Positions 50,088 through 59,439 of a stretch of DNA of 64,000 bases are shown one piece after another. The position numbers and the translations under genes were made by a program. Each line of letters starts with the position of its first letter. Position 1 is the stretch's first letter. The notes beneath the pieces are model-generated. The model was not told the DNA's origin and searched no databases. It was given only the letters and a program-made list of their open reading frames with translations. Source of the DNA: an uncultured Bdellovibrionales bacterium (GTDB taxonomy: Bacteria; Patescibacteriota; Minisyncoccia; Moranbacterales; JAKLHP01); assembly GCA_964440305.1 (NCBI GenBank), contig CAYTRS010000002.1, positions 4,048-68,047 on the forward strand, in the 5' to 3' direction.

Positions 50088-51334
50088 TTTTTTGTTTTGC
50101 TTATTAACTGATTAAAAAAATTTTCATATTGGTCGGCTATTTTTTCCCATCGAAATTCATCGCTGATCCGTTTCAAACAGTTTCTGACATAAAAGTCTTT
50201 TCTATTTTTTAGAACAATGTTTATTTTTTCGGCTAAATCTACATAGTTTCTCGGTTTAAAAAGATGTCCTGTTATTTTGTCTTTTACGGTATACTGCAAT
50301 CCTCCGGTACGGGAAGCAATCACGGGAGTTCCGCAGGTCATTGATTCCAAAGGAACTATTCCGAATGGTTCATAATACGAGGGAACAACGCATACGTCGG
50401 CAGCTGAATAATATTTATATAATTCGTTCTGCTTCTTGGGTCCTAAAAAGCTTACCCTCTTTTCTATTCCCAGTTCTTGAGAGATTTTTTTCAGTCGCTC
50501 ATGTTCGGCATCTTCCAGCTTTCTTGCCGATTTGCTTCTGCCTCCGCCGATAATATACAGCTTGGCATTCGGGTGATTTTTAATAACTTCGCGAAAAGCA
50601 TAAAGCAAAGTTCCGATTCCTTTTCTCCATTCGATTCTGCCAACATAAAGAATGACTTTCCCTTTATTTTCCATTCTTGCTAGTTTTCTAGCTCTTTCGG
50701 TTTTGATCGGCCTGAATATTTTTGTATCCACCCCGATAGTTATGGTTTTTATTTTTTCCCCGCTGATTCCGAAAAGATTTTTTATAATTTCTTTTTCCAC
50801 CGGACTGGTCGTAATTATCCGGTCCGCTTTTTGGGCTATTTCCTTTTCGGAAATTGTTCTTTGCTTGAAAAATTTGTTATTGATTTCCTGAAGTTTGTAA
50901 TTCTTCAGGCTTTCAAATCTGACTTGTCCGATAGAATGATAAATATGAACAAGCGGTTTTTTAATTTCTTTGGTAACTCTTAAGCCGATAAGTCCTGAAA
51001 ACCAGTAGTTTGTATGAATTATATCATAATTTATCTTTTCTTTTTTTATTCTTTTTAATATATTGCCCGTAAATTCATCCACAACACCCAAGAAATTATC
51101 TCTGGGCATATACTTTTTCGGACCCGCCTTCACCCTTATGATTCTCAAATGATTGTTAAATTTAACAATTTCGTTTTTGTTTTTTCTGTCCCAGCGGGTA
51201 TATACATCCACCAAAATTCCCAACCGGCATAAAAATTTTGCCAGGTAAAAAACATAGATATTTTGTCCCCCGGCTTCTTTTGATCCGATTTCCGCCAATG
51301 GATCGGCGTGATCGGAGATTAGAAGAATACGCAT
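50084..51334 (-). CDS. Glycosyltransferase family 4 (MshA-like)
   Basis: HADPL...GGQNIYV, HTNYWFSG, PSYYEPFGIVPLESM. Confidence 0.9.
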   Translation of the reverse strand: MRILLISDHADPLAEIGSKEAGGQNIYVFYLAKFLCRLGILVDVYTRWDRKNKNEIVKFNNHLRIIRVKAGPKKYMPRDNFLGVVDEFTGNILKRIKKEKINYDIIHTNYWFSGLIGLRVTKEIKKPLVHIYHSIGQVRFESLKNYKLQEINNKFFKQRTISEKEIAQKADRIITTSPVEKEIIKNLFGISGEKIKTITIGVDTKIFRPIKTERARKLARMENKGKVILYVGRIEWRKGIGTLLYAFREVIKNHPNAKLYIIGGGRSKSARKLEDAEHERLKKISQELGIEKRVSFLGPKKQNELYKYYSAADVCVVPSYYEPFGIVPLESMTCGTPVIASRTGGLQYTVKDKITGHLFKPRNYVDLAEKINIVLKNRKDFYVRNCLKRISDEFRWEKIADQYENFFNQLISKTKK

Positions 51335-51417
51335 AAAGTAAATTTAATCCCAGAAAATACTTTTTGAGTCATGCTTTTAATACGCTTTAGAAACTATTTT
51401 AGCGCGATAATTTTTTA

Positions 51418-52416
51418 TTATTTCTCTATCGCTATCTGATCGCCTTCCTTGAGTCCTGAAACCACTTCCGCCATTCCATCGTCTCCTTCCAGTCCGGTTT
51501 GTATTTCTCTTTTCTCCACAGTTTTTTCTTTAGCATCAGTTAGAATGGTAACGAATTTTTTGTCTCCGTCTTTTTCTATTACTCCCTTGGGAATCATAAG
51601 CACATTGTCTTTTTGGGCCACTTTATCATAAATTGTGCAGTTCATGCCGTATCTGAAACCTACATCCGGATTGTCAACCTGCATTTTGACCACATAATAA
51701 ACGACATTCTGGACGGTAACCGGAGTCGGATCTATTTCTGTTACCCCTGCATCAAATCTTTGATTTTCCGGATAAGCATCAAATTTGACACTTATTTTCT
51801 GGCCGACTCTGACTCCGGCAATATCCACTTCCGGAACCCTGGCTTCAATTCTCATTTCGTCTTCCCTGACAATCTTAATCACCGGGCTTCCGGCCTGGAC
51901 TATTTCTCCTATATTCACATTTTTTTCAGCCACTGTTCCGCTAATCGGCGCATTGATATTGGCATATTGAAATTGTTTGGAAATTTCATCAACAACAGCC
52001 TCGGCTTGTTGGACCGCCGCCTTTTGAGCACTGCGTTGATCCTTAGTATATAAATCATCCTTATCTTTTTGATAAGCCAAAGTTTTTTTCTGGATCGTAA
52101 CCGCTTTTTTTGCTTGTTCCAATTTTTCCGTTAAAGTGCCCGTATCAACACTGGCTAAAAATTGTCCCTGTTTCACTTTGTCCCCAACATCCACTTTAAC
52201 GTTGATGAGCGGTCCGGATATTCGAAAACTGACATTAGCTTCGTCTTTAGATAAATATTCTCCGTTGGCTGAAATGGTCCGGGTTAGCGTCCCCTTGCTA
52301 ACCGGAGTAAGTGTATAATCCGCTTTCTTGTTCTTATTTCCCCAAATTATGGATCCTATCGTTATCACAATAGCGACAACAATGATCCAATAAATTGCTT
52401 TCTTAACTTTTGGCAT
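51418..52416 (-). CDS. MacA-like periplasmic adaptor
   Basis: VDVGDKVKQGQFL, INAPISGTV, VSGLKEGD. Confidence 0.85.
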   Translation of the reverse strand: MPKVKKAIYWIIVVAIVITIGSIIWGNKNKKADYTLTPVSKGTLTRTISANGEYLSKDEANVSFRISGPLINVKVDVGDKVKQGQFLASVDTGTLTEKLEQAKKAVTIQKKTLAYQKDKDDLYTKDQRSAQKAAVQQAEAVVDEISKQFQYANINAPISGTVAEKNVNIGEIVQAGSPVIKIVREDEMRIEARVPEVDIAGVRVGQKISVKFDAYPENQRFDAGVTEIDPTPVTVQNVVYYVVKMQVDNPDVGFRYGMNCTIYDKVAQKDNVLMIPKGVIEKDGDKKFVTILTDAKEKTVEKREIQTGLEGDDGMAEVVSGLKEGDQIAIEK

Positions 52417-52445
52417 ATTTTTTAATTTATAAATTTAAAAATTAT

Positions 52446-53117
52446 TTATTGTAAAATCCCGTCTTTCATATGGATTACCCTATCAACATATTCCTCATCT
52501 TCCGATTCATGAGTTACCAAAATCACGGTTTGATTAAGTTCTTTGTTGAGTTTTCTAAAAAGTTCCAATATTACGGTTGACGTTTCCGAATCCAAGTTGG
52601 CACAAGGTTCGTCGGCAAAAAGAATTTTCGGATTATTGACCAAGGCCCTGGCAACCGCCACTCTTTGTTGTTCGCCTCCTGACATTTCGGACGGAAAATG
52701 TTTTATCCGATCACCAAGTTGAACCATCTCAAGTATTTCTCTGGCACGTTTTTTGCTTTCCCGTATGGAGCAACCTTGCAAAATAAGGGGCAAACTGACG
52801 GCTTCTTCGGCACTGAATCCCGGCAGGAGAGCGTATTCCTGAAAAACATAACCGAAGTGTTGAAGACGAAATTTTGTTTTTTCGCTGTCTGAAAGGGCAG
52901 TCAGTTCTTGCCCTTCAACAATTATTTCTCCTTCGTCCGCGTTATCCAAAAGGCTAAGTTGATGAAGCAAGGTGGATTTTCCACTGCCGCTTCTGCCCAT
53001 AATCGCCACAAATTCCCCTTCCTTTACAGAAAAACTCACGCCCTTAAGAACATGCAGCGGAACTTCCCCTGAATAAGTTTTGTGCAAATTTTTTACGGTT
53101 ATAATATCTTTCTCCAT
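52446..53117 (-). CDS. ABC transporter ATP-binding protein (LolD/MacB type)
   Basis: GRSGSGKST, MSGGEQQRV, FADEP, VTH. Confidence 0.95.
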   Translation of the reverse strand: MEKDIITVKNLHKTYSGEVPLHVLKGVSFSVKEGEFVAIMGRSGSGKSTLLHQLSLLDNADEGEIIVEGQELTALSDSEKTKFRLQHFGYVFQEYALLPGFSAEEAVSLPLILQGCSIRESKKRAREILEMVQLGDRIKHFPSEMSGGEQQRVAVARALVNNPKILFADEPCANLDSETSTVILELFRKLNKELNQTVILVTHESEDEEYVDRVIHMKDGILQ

Positions 53118-53121
53118 TGTT

Positions 53122-54354
53122 TTATTTGAATATTGAATCTAAAATATTTTTTCTGGCAATTTGAACGGATGGGATGAATCCGGCAATAAGCGATACGACT
53201 ACCATGCTTATTTCCGTGCGCATAAGATCAAGGCTTTCAATATTAAGGCTGATATATCCGATAGGAAGCTCCAGCGGGTGCTTGAGAAAATATGGAGAGA
53301 TTGCGTATTCAAGCAGGAATCTTCCCAAAATCACCCCCATAAGTCCATAAAAAAATGCTTGCAATACATAGGAAATAACAATAGTTTTGCTTTCCATTCC
53401 GATCGCTTTCAAGATTCCGATTTGTTTTTTCTGATTAAGCAAGTCGATATAGATGATTATGAAAATGCTGGCGCCGGAAACAGCCAGTCCGATAGCGTAA
53501 AAAATTAATTTTACAAAATCAAAGCTGTTTGTAACGGTTGACATGGCGCCCAAAAAATCGCTCCAGATATAAAGTTTCAGTTTTTGCTCCAATACATTTT
53601 CTATTTTTGAAATATACTTATTCTCATCTCCCATAGTTGCAGTTTTTACAATTATCTCGTCGGCCAGGTCATGCTGTCCCAAAACATCTTCCATTTCATC
53701 TTTTGTTACATAAGCCTGCGCATCAGCCAGGAAACTCTTGGTAGCAAAAATTCCAGCTACCGTATATTTTCGGCTTATTCCATTGGGATAATAAACATAA
53801 ACTTCATCTCCAACTCGGACCCCTCCCAAAGATGCTCTTTCAAGAGTAGCTTCGAAGCCTCCGCTGATTTCCCGTCCGAGAAGTATCTTGCCTCGATCTC
53901 CATCTTCCAGATATCTTCCGGAAACAATTTTTGAATTTATTTTAAGAACATTTGATTCCTCTGAAGGGATTACGGAATATAAGTATCCGCTGAAGTCTTT
54001 AACGTTAGTTCCTTCTTTCTTCTGATCATATGTGATTTTGACGCCTTCTTTATAGTGCTCTACCGCCCCAATAACACCTGGTATGCTTCTGATGTCATTT
54101 AATGTTTGATTCGCTTGTTTAATATAGTTGTCACTTTCACTTTCCTTGGTCGGTTCGATTACAATGTTTCCGTATTGATAATCTATAACCTGATTGTTTA
54201 TAGTTTTTATAAGTCCGGACATCATGGACGCGATAAAAAGAATATTGATGAAAAGTAAACTTACCACCACTATGGTCATCACGACACTTTTCTTGTTGCT
54301 GCGTGTTAGCTGTTTAAAGCTGAACCAGCAGGCGATGAAAAAATTTCTAAGCAT
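53122..54354 (-). CDS. ABC permease (FtsX/MacB/LolE type)
   Basis: One TM, large external domain, three C-terminal TMs; QIGILKAIG. Confidence 0.9.
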   Translation of the reverse strand: MLRNFFIACWFSFKQLTRSNKKSVVMTIVVVSLLFINILFIASMMSGLIKTINNQVIDYQYGNIVIEPTKESESDNYIKQANQTLNDIRSIPGVIGAVEHYKEGVKITYDQKKEGTNVKDFSGYLYSVIPSEESNVLKINSKIVSGRYLEDGDRGKILLGREISGGFEATLERASLGGVRVGDEVYVYYPNGISRKYTVAGIFATKSFLADAQAYVTKDEMEDVLGQHDLADEIIVKTATMGDENKYISKIENVLEQKLKLYIWSDFLGAMSTVTNSFDFVKLIFYAIGLAVSGASIFIIIYIDLLNQKKQIGILKAIGMESKTIVISYVLQAFFYGLMGVILGRFLLEYAISPYFLKHPLELPIGYISLNIESLDLMRTEISMVVVSLIAGFIPSVQIARKNILDSIFK

Positions 54355-54359
54355 TTTGA

Positions 54360-55205
54360 TTATAATTTAAGAAAATCTAAAAACTTACTCAGAACGTCCT
54401 TGTTTTCCCGATGTATCGATTCTTTCAATTGTGATAATTTTATTTTTGTCGCTTTTTCTCCAGCTGAAATTATATCTTTTCCGTCCAGAAATTTTCCCCA
54501 ATGCGCATTTCCAACCCTGGGACTGATAACAATGTCGGCATTTTCGACATTTCGATAGGCCAGGTGATGCCGCAGGAGATTGATTGAATTTTCAGCCATT
54601 TTATAAAAACCGAATTTATTGTTTTCGCTGTTGTTGTCGGCAAAGTAATCGGCATCCAAATTAACCGCTATTACCAAATCCGCTCCCATTTTTCTCACCA
54701 CTTCGACTGGAACGGGCAAAGATAATCCTCCGTCGACCAATAATTTTCCTTCCCTTTCCACGGGCCTAAAAACCAATGGCAAAGAAATACTGGCTCTGAT
54801 TGCCGAGGCAACGTCGCCTTTGTTTATAACAACCGCGTCGCCGTTCTTAAAATTTGTCGCTACTACCGAAAGGGGAACTTTTAAATCCTTAAAATCCATT
54901 TTGTCGATATGATCTTCGATAAAATTGTTTACCTTTTTACCTCCCAGCAATCCCTGGCGAAAAGAAGGATCTATCAATGCTAAAATCATTTTCCAGTTAG
55001 TTCCCAACGCTATCTTTTCCACTTGTCCTATATCTTTGGTAGCGGCATAAAATCCGCCGACCATAGCGCCGATACTTGAACCGGCGATAAAATCGATCGG
55101 AATATTATTTTCTTTCAGAACTTTGATTACGCCGATATGCGCCAGCCCCCTGGGACCGCCGCTTCCCAACGCCAAACCGATTTTAGGTCGTTTTAGTTTT
55201 GCCAT
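54360..55205 (-). CDS. Patatin-like phospholipase
   Basis: LGSGGPRGLAHIG, GSSIG, DGG. Confidence 0.93.
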   Translation of the reverse strand: MAKLKRPKIGLALGSGGPRGLAHIGVIKVLKENNIPIDFIAGSSIGAMVGGFYAATKDIGQVEKIALGTNWKMILALIDPSFRQGLLGGKKVNNFIEDHIDKMDFKDLKVPLSVVATNFKNGDAVVINKGDVASAIRASISLPLVFRPVEREGKLLVDGGLSLPVPVEVVRKMGADLVIAVNLDADYFADNNSENNKFGFYKMAENSINLLRHHLAYRNVENADIVISPRVGNAHWGKFLDGKDIISAGEKATKIKLSQLKESIHRENKDVLSKFLDFLKL

Positions 55206-55209
55206 AATT

Positions 55210-56313
55210 TTAATCTGATTCTGCGGGATTATTTTTTACGTTGCCTACCAAAGCCGAAGCCTTATTCTTCATAGACGAAATAACCCGGCTCGCTGTTTTT
55301 CCTATTTCATCTCTGATATATTTTGCATTGTTATATTGCGATGGATAACCGACTAGTTCCATAAAACCAACACCGTTTACTTTTTTATCTTCGAATAATC
55401 CGCTGACCGTAAGCGGTCCCTCCCAATAATTGATTGAACCGAACAGCATTTCCTGATTTTCAATTTTTGCCGACAGAAGCAGATGTATATTTTTTGCCGG
55501 TATTTTGATTTCCCATAACATCGGATAAATAGCCTTGCTTTTAGGGCTTGTCCAATGTCCTTTCAGGGGAATAATTTTAATATTGTCATAATGCTCTTGC
55601 GTATTATCCGGATAAGAGATACTGGCCAAATAAGTTTTTTTCTGGCCGTCATCATACATAAAGCAAACCATTTCCGTATTATTGTCCAATTGCACCGAGA
55701 ACCAATCCCACCTGTCTTTGGAATAACTGGCATCCGCCCACTGATGATCCACCCATGACTTGCCGGTAATATTCACCCATTTATCTTTAATTTTTATTCT
55801 GCCTTCTGTTTTCAGGTTGGTTAAGGAATAATAATAGGTTGCTTTAGAATGAAGATCAAGAAAACCCTTCCCGCCTTCCAGCAAGGGCTTTTTAATTGAA
55901 GTTAATATCAAATCCATATCTTCATTTTTTAAGCGGTATTTTGATTCGTCTGTTTTTTCAATAGCGCAGTTAGTATAACCGTTCTTAATTTCCGGATTGA
56001 TGTAATTTATATGAAGCAGGGATTTGGAAAAACTGTCATCAGAAACAACAGAAAAGGGAGATATCCTATGCTGAAAACTTTTATTATTTATGTCTGAAAC
56101 GAGTGAATGTGAGAAGTAGGATGTTTTAAGCGGAATCTTACTTAAAAAAGGTATTTTTACTTTTTTGACATCCACTTTGAACAGGCAATCCATATATGAA
56201 TATTCGTTGCCATATTTGTCTTTAAGATGGCCGTTAAAATACCACCATTCAACAATGGCGTCATGAGCCGATTCGTCTTCTGGGAACTTTATAGGTTCAT
56301 ATTCTTTATACAT
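55210..56313 (-). CDS. CrtC/AttH-like lipocalin-fold protein
   Basis: FPEDESAH..VEWWYFNGHL, YYYS, WVDHQW, WDWF, YWEG. Confidence 0.85.
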   Translation of the reverse strand: MYKEYEPIKFPEDESAHDAIVEWWYFNGHLKDKYGNEYSYMDCLFKVDVKKVKIPFLSKIPLKTSYFSHSLVSDINNKSFQHRISPFSVVSDDSFSKSLLHINYINPEIKNGYTNCAIEKTDESKYRLKNEDMDLILTSIKKPLLEGGKGFLDLHSKATYYYSLTNLKTEGRIKIKDKWVNITGKSWVDHQWADASYSKDRWDWFSVQLDNNTEMVCFMYDDGQKKTYLASISYPDNTQEHYDNIKIIPLKGHWTSPKSKAIYPMLWEIKIPAKNIHLLLSAKIENQEMLFGSINYWEGPLTVSGLFEDKKVNGVGFMELVGYPSQYNNAKYIRDEIGKTASRVISSMKNKASALVGNVKNNPAESD

Positions 56314-56398
56314 AAATTGCTTTCAAATTATTAAAATCATTAAAAGACGCTCCATTTATTAGTTTAGATAGCTACGAAAATGAAGCGCCCAAAATGCT

Positions 56399-56542
56399 TT
56401 ACATATTATCAAATGGCGGCTTTTTTTCTTGCCAAGCCCACACTAGATATCCGGCAATAGCAATAACCGCGACGACTCCAATTCCGATTCCAATTGTCAT
56501 GGGACTTGACCAATCAATGTTTGCTAGAAAATTTGTTGGCAT
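56399..56542 (-). CDS. 47-aa single-pass membrane protein
   Basis: Hand-translated MPTNFLANIDWSSPMTIGIGIGVVAVIAIAGYLVWAWQEKKPPFDNM*; not in the ORF track. Confidence 0.6.
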   Translation of the reverse strand: MPTNFLANIDWSSPMTIGIGIGVVAVIAIAGYLVWAWQEKKPPFDNM

Positions 56543-56599
56543 ATTTTTATTTTTATTAACTCATTTATTAAGTCCTTGAGGCGGACTGGTCCTCGACCT

Positions 56600-57187
56600 T
56601 TAAAATAAAGCGGCAATAATTTGATCTGATATTTTTGCCGAATTTATTTTTTTATTAAGAAACGAATATTCCAAAAGCAATCCGTCCATCATGCCGGTAA
56701 GCATGGAAGTTAGAAGTTGGCTATCAACTTTACCGGTTAGTTTCTTACTTGCGAAAGCTTCTTCAATTATTGGTTGAATCAGATCAGCAACCCGTTCTCT
56801 TAATTGAGTAATGTGTTTTGTTATCTGTCTATCGGCCGGCGATAATTTTAACACTATAGATTTGATAAGATTTTTTTCTCTAAATCCAAACTCTAAGTAA
56901 TTCTTAATCAGTTTGTGTAATTTTTTATCAATCGTGGTTTCGTTCATCGCTTCGGTAATAGCCAAACTCAAATCATCAAAAACTTCATCCAGTACTTTTT
57001 CATAAATTTCGGCTTTACCAGTGAAATGATAGTAAAGCGCAGCTTTGGTTATATCCAGTTTTTTGGCGATATCGCTCATAGAAACACCCAAATAACTATA
57101 TTCGGAAAAAAACTGGCGGGCTGTGTCAACAATATATTTCTTGGTGTCTTGAATAACGTCTTCTGGTTGTTTTGCGATTGTTTTCAT
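56600..57187 (-). CDS. TetR/AcrR-family regulator
   Basis: IVDTARQFFSEYSY..VSMSDIAKKLDITKAALYYHF. Confidence 0.93.
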   Translation of the reverse strand: MKTIAKQPEDVIQDTKKYIVDTARQFFSEYSYLGVSMSDIAKKLDITKAALYYHFTGKAEIYEKVLDEVFDDLSLAITEAMNETTIDKKLHKLIKNYLEFGFREKNLIKSIVLKLSPADRQITKHITQLRERVADLIQPIIEEAFASKKLTGKVDSQLLTSMLTGMMDGLLLEYSFLNKKINSAKISDQIIAALF

Positions 57188-57211
57188 GCTTTCTTGGTTA
57201 CTTCTTATTTA

Positions 57212-57264
57212 CTTACCGATAGGTAAGCTATTTTCAGTATGCCTTAGGTGCAATTATTTGTCAA
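57212..57264 (-). promoter_or_regulatory. TetR operon promoter and palindromic operator
   Basis: TTGACA-N17-CATACT (57264-57236), followed by palindrome CTTACC-GATA-GGTAAG (57212-57227). Confidence 0.7.
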
Positions 57265-57387
57265 GCACATGTACGGGTTTAGGCACAGGGTTTTAGATCA
57301 TAAATAAAAAAAGAAACACTTGTAATTAACAAGAGCTTCTTTTATCAGACTGAAACTAATTTGATAACCTATAAGTTATTGATACGA

Positions 57388-57430
57388 CTACAAAGAAAGG
57401 CGCGCACTCCGAAGAGTATTTTCTTTGTAG
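57388..57430. terminator. Hairpin between the packaging block and the cargo
   Basis: CTACAAAGAAA...TTTCTTTGTAG 11-bp inverted repeat. Confidence 0.45.
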
Positions 57431-57608
57431 AGCATTCATGTCGGAATGAGAATTGCTATGTGATTGATATCATGAATATATTTTGATGAAGTTAAGAATT
57501 ATATTTTTCCTGGACATTCGGTCTCTGTCGACCCCCTCTTGCATTTCTCCTCAAATACTCCAAGCAAAGACCTGATTATATTTCCAGGAATCTTAATCGG
57601 CTGAAACA

Positions 57609-57653
57609 ATTATATCTCGGAGCGCGATAAGTTACGGTAAAAATCCGGTAAAG
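57609..57653 (-). promoter_or_regulatory. Direct-repeat boxes plus -10 (third instance)
   Basis: CTTTAC, TTTTAC, CTTATC at 11-bp period (+ coordinates 57648, 57637, 57626), then TATAAT 11 nt downstream. Confidence 0.5.
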
Positions 57654-57677
57654 ATTTCGTCAATTTTGCAGAGCACT

Positions 57678-57893
57678 TCAATAATCGATATTCTTCATCT
57701 TTTTGAAAAAACTGCGCCGGGTGCGCGACGCCACTTTCCACCAATTGACTATTTGTTTGTTTTTTATTTCAATCACCACTCTGCCGAATCCTTCTTTCTC
57801 GATGGATGCAAGATCTCTCGCAATCTCCGAAAGCAGTAGGTTGCGTTCCTGCTCGTCCGACATATTCGTTTTTCGTTTATTTGTTCGGTTCAT
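57678..57893 (-). CDS. Small YezD/DUF2292-like protein
   Basis: LLSEIARDLASIEKEGFGRVVIEIKNKQIVNW; alternative start at 57863. Confidence 0.55.
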   Translation of the reverse strand: MNRTNKRKTNMSDEQERNLLLSEIARDLASIEKEGFGRVVIEIKNKQIVNWWKVASRTRRSFFKKMKNIDY

Positions 57894-59439
57894 ACTTCAT
57901 TCTTTTTTTAAAAGCTATATGCCAATAAATCAGGGCGTGCCAAGCGTGATCCGTGCCGGTCGTCGATTCCCATTCCCGCTTTTCCTGTCCGAATTGATTG
58001 GTGACAGTTCGAGCATACATTGTCTGGGCGTGGTCTATCAGCATACGGAAAGTCGCATTATCCGGTTTCATGGCGAACTTTATTTCGCCGCGCCGCAGAG
58101 AAGAAATTGTGTCGTCGATGATGCGATTGCGCGAAGAGAGCACTTTGACTTCTTCCTCGAAAGCTTTGTCGTCCTCTTCTTTCTCGTCATTCCACCGGAT
58201 CACTTCCAGCATCTTCGGATCTTCCTTGTAAAAATTTACGTATACGCGGTACGGAAATTGGCGGGCCAGACGCAGAGCCTCCTCCGTCCATGGCATAGCG
58301 TCGATAACGCATACCCGCACGTCATAGAATTGGATAAGTTCCGCCATATATTCCCAGCGCGTTTTGTTCGGATGATCTTTTATTTTACCGATCCAAAAAA
58401 TTCCCTTGGCATTGCCGATTACGATGTGATTCTCATCCCCGGTATCCGCGCCCATCACATTCCAGCCGGATGTTTCAACTTCTTCATTTGTAATATTGCG
58501 AAGAAACAAGCTTTGTGAAACTTTTTGATCCGATGCGATATATGGCAATCCGAGGACGAAATTGTAGAAATATTTTTGGTCTTCGGCGCTGGCTTCTTCA
58601 TCAAGAAGATCGGCCGCACTGCGCCATGGACATATCATCTGGCTGATCCAATATCCGCTTATTGGCTCTCCCGGATACCGGGCTTTCCATCGGCCGGTAT
58701 CGCAGACCCAGCGAGGAGTGATTTCCTTCCGACATTTCTGGCAGACATAAATCCTTCGCTCGCGATCGACATTCTTTTCCCAATCCATATGCTGTTCATA
58801 ATCGCAATGAGGACAATTAAACCGCCAGTGTTTTTGGTCTGATTGTCCGAACAGACGATCTATTCCTACATCCGGAACTGTCGGGGTTGAAAAATAATGC
58901 TGGCTTCTTATTTTCGAAAATCCCATACGGCTGGTATAGTCGCGAATGACCTCGGGCTTGGATTTGTCGAGTTCATCATGAATGTTGCGGTCCGAGGTAA
59001 GCATAATGGCTTCCTTTTCTGTATATGTCCCCTTAAAAAACAGGAATGATTTTCCGATCTGTTTTTGCTCTATTGAATCCACATCTCTTCCGCTCACTCC
59101 TTCCAAAACGCAAGGATTTGTTTTCACGATCCTGTTCACTTTGCTTTTTACAAACTCGGCCACGTCATCCGCCGTCGGCAAAGTGTAAATTTGATTGATA
59201 CCCCAGAAGCGCGCCGCGTGGATCGCCCGCAAAATTTCCATCGTGCTCGCTCCGATCTGCGAACCTTTGCGTATGGCTTGCATCGGGGTTCTGTCCGAAT
59301 AAATATCCAGCATAAAACGGTGGTCAGAAAATTCGATTGGTTCTCCGCTTTCGCTTTTTATTTTATTCCGCTTGATCCAATACAGAATGCTACTTTTTTG
59401 TTTTTCCTTTTCGTCCATAGAAATCTTTGATGGTTTCAT
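57877..59439 (-). CDS. terL: Terminase large subunit (lambda GpA-like)
   Basis: RKGSQIGAST Walker A, HDELD Walker B, FSTPT, CPHC and CQKC, VLGLPY, MGADTG, DHAWHA. Confidence 0.9.
   Translation of the reverse strand: MKPSKISMDEKEKQKSSILYWIKRNKIKSESGEPIEFSDHRFMLDIYSDRTPMQAIRKGSQIGASTMEILRAIHAARFWGINQIYTLPTADDVAEFVKSKVNRIVKTNPCVLEGVSGRDVDSIEQKQIGKSFLFFKGTYTEKEAIMLTSDRNIHDELDKSKPEVIRDYTSRMGFSKIRSQHYFSTPTVPDVGIDRLFGQSDQKHWRFNCPHCDYEQHMDWEKNVDRERRIYVCQKCRKEITPRWVCDTGRWKARYPGEPISGYWISQMICPWRSAADLLDEEASAEDQKYFYNFVLGLPYIASDQKVSQSLFLRNITNEEVETSGWNVMGADTGDENHIVIGNAKGIFWIGKIKDHPNKTRWEYMAELIQFYDVRVCVIDAMPWTEEALRLARQFPYRVYVNFYKEDPKMLEVIRWNDEKEEDDKAFEEEVKVLSSRNRIIDDTISSLRRGEIKFAMKPDNATFRMLIDHAQTMYARTVTNQFGQEKREWESTTGTDHAWHALIYWHIAFKKRMKYEPNK

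Noticed and set aside
57653-57668. ATTTCGTCAA match to the boundary repeat at the cargo edge
   Set aside because: Only ~10 bp match and the GGGCGA core is missing; suggestive but insufficient.
57703-58518. 271-aa plus-strand ORF
   Set aside because: Antisense to terL with no recognisable motifs.
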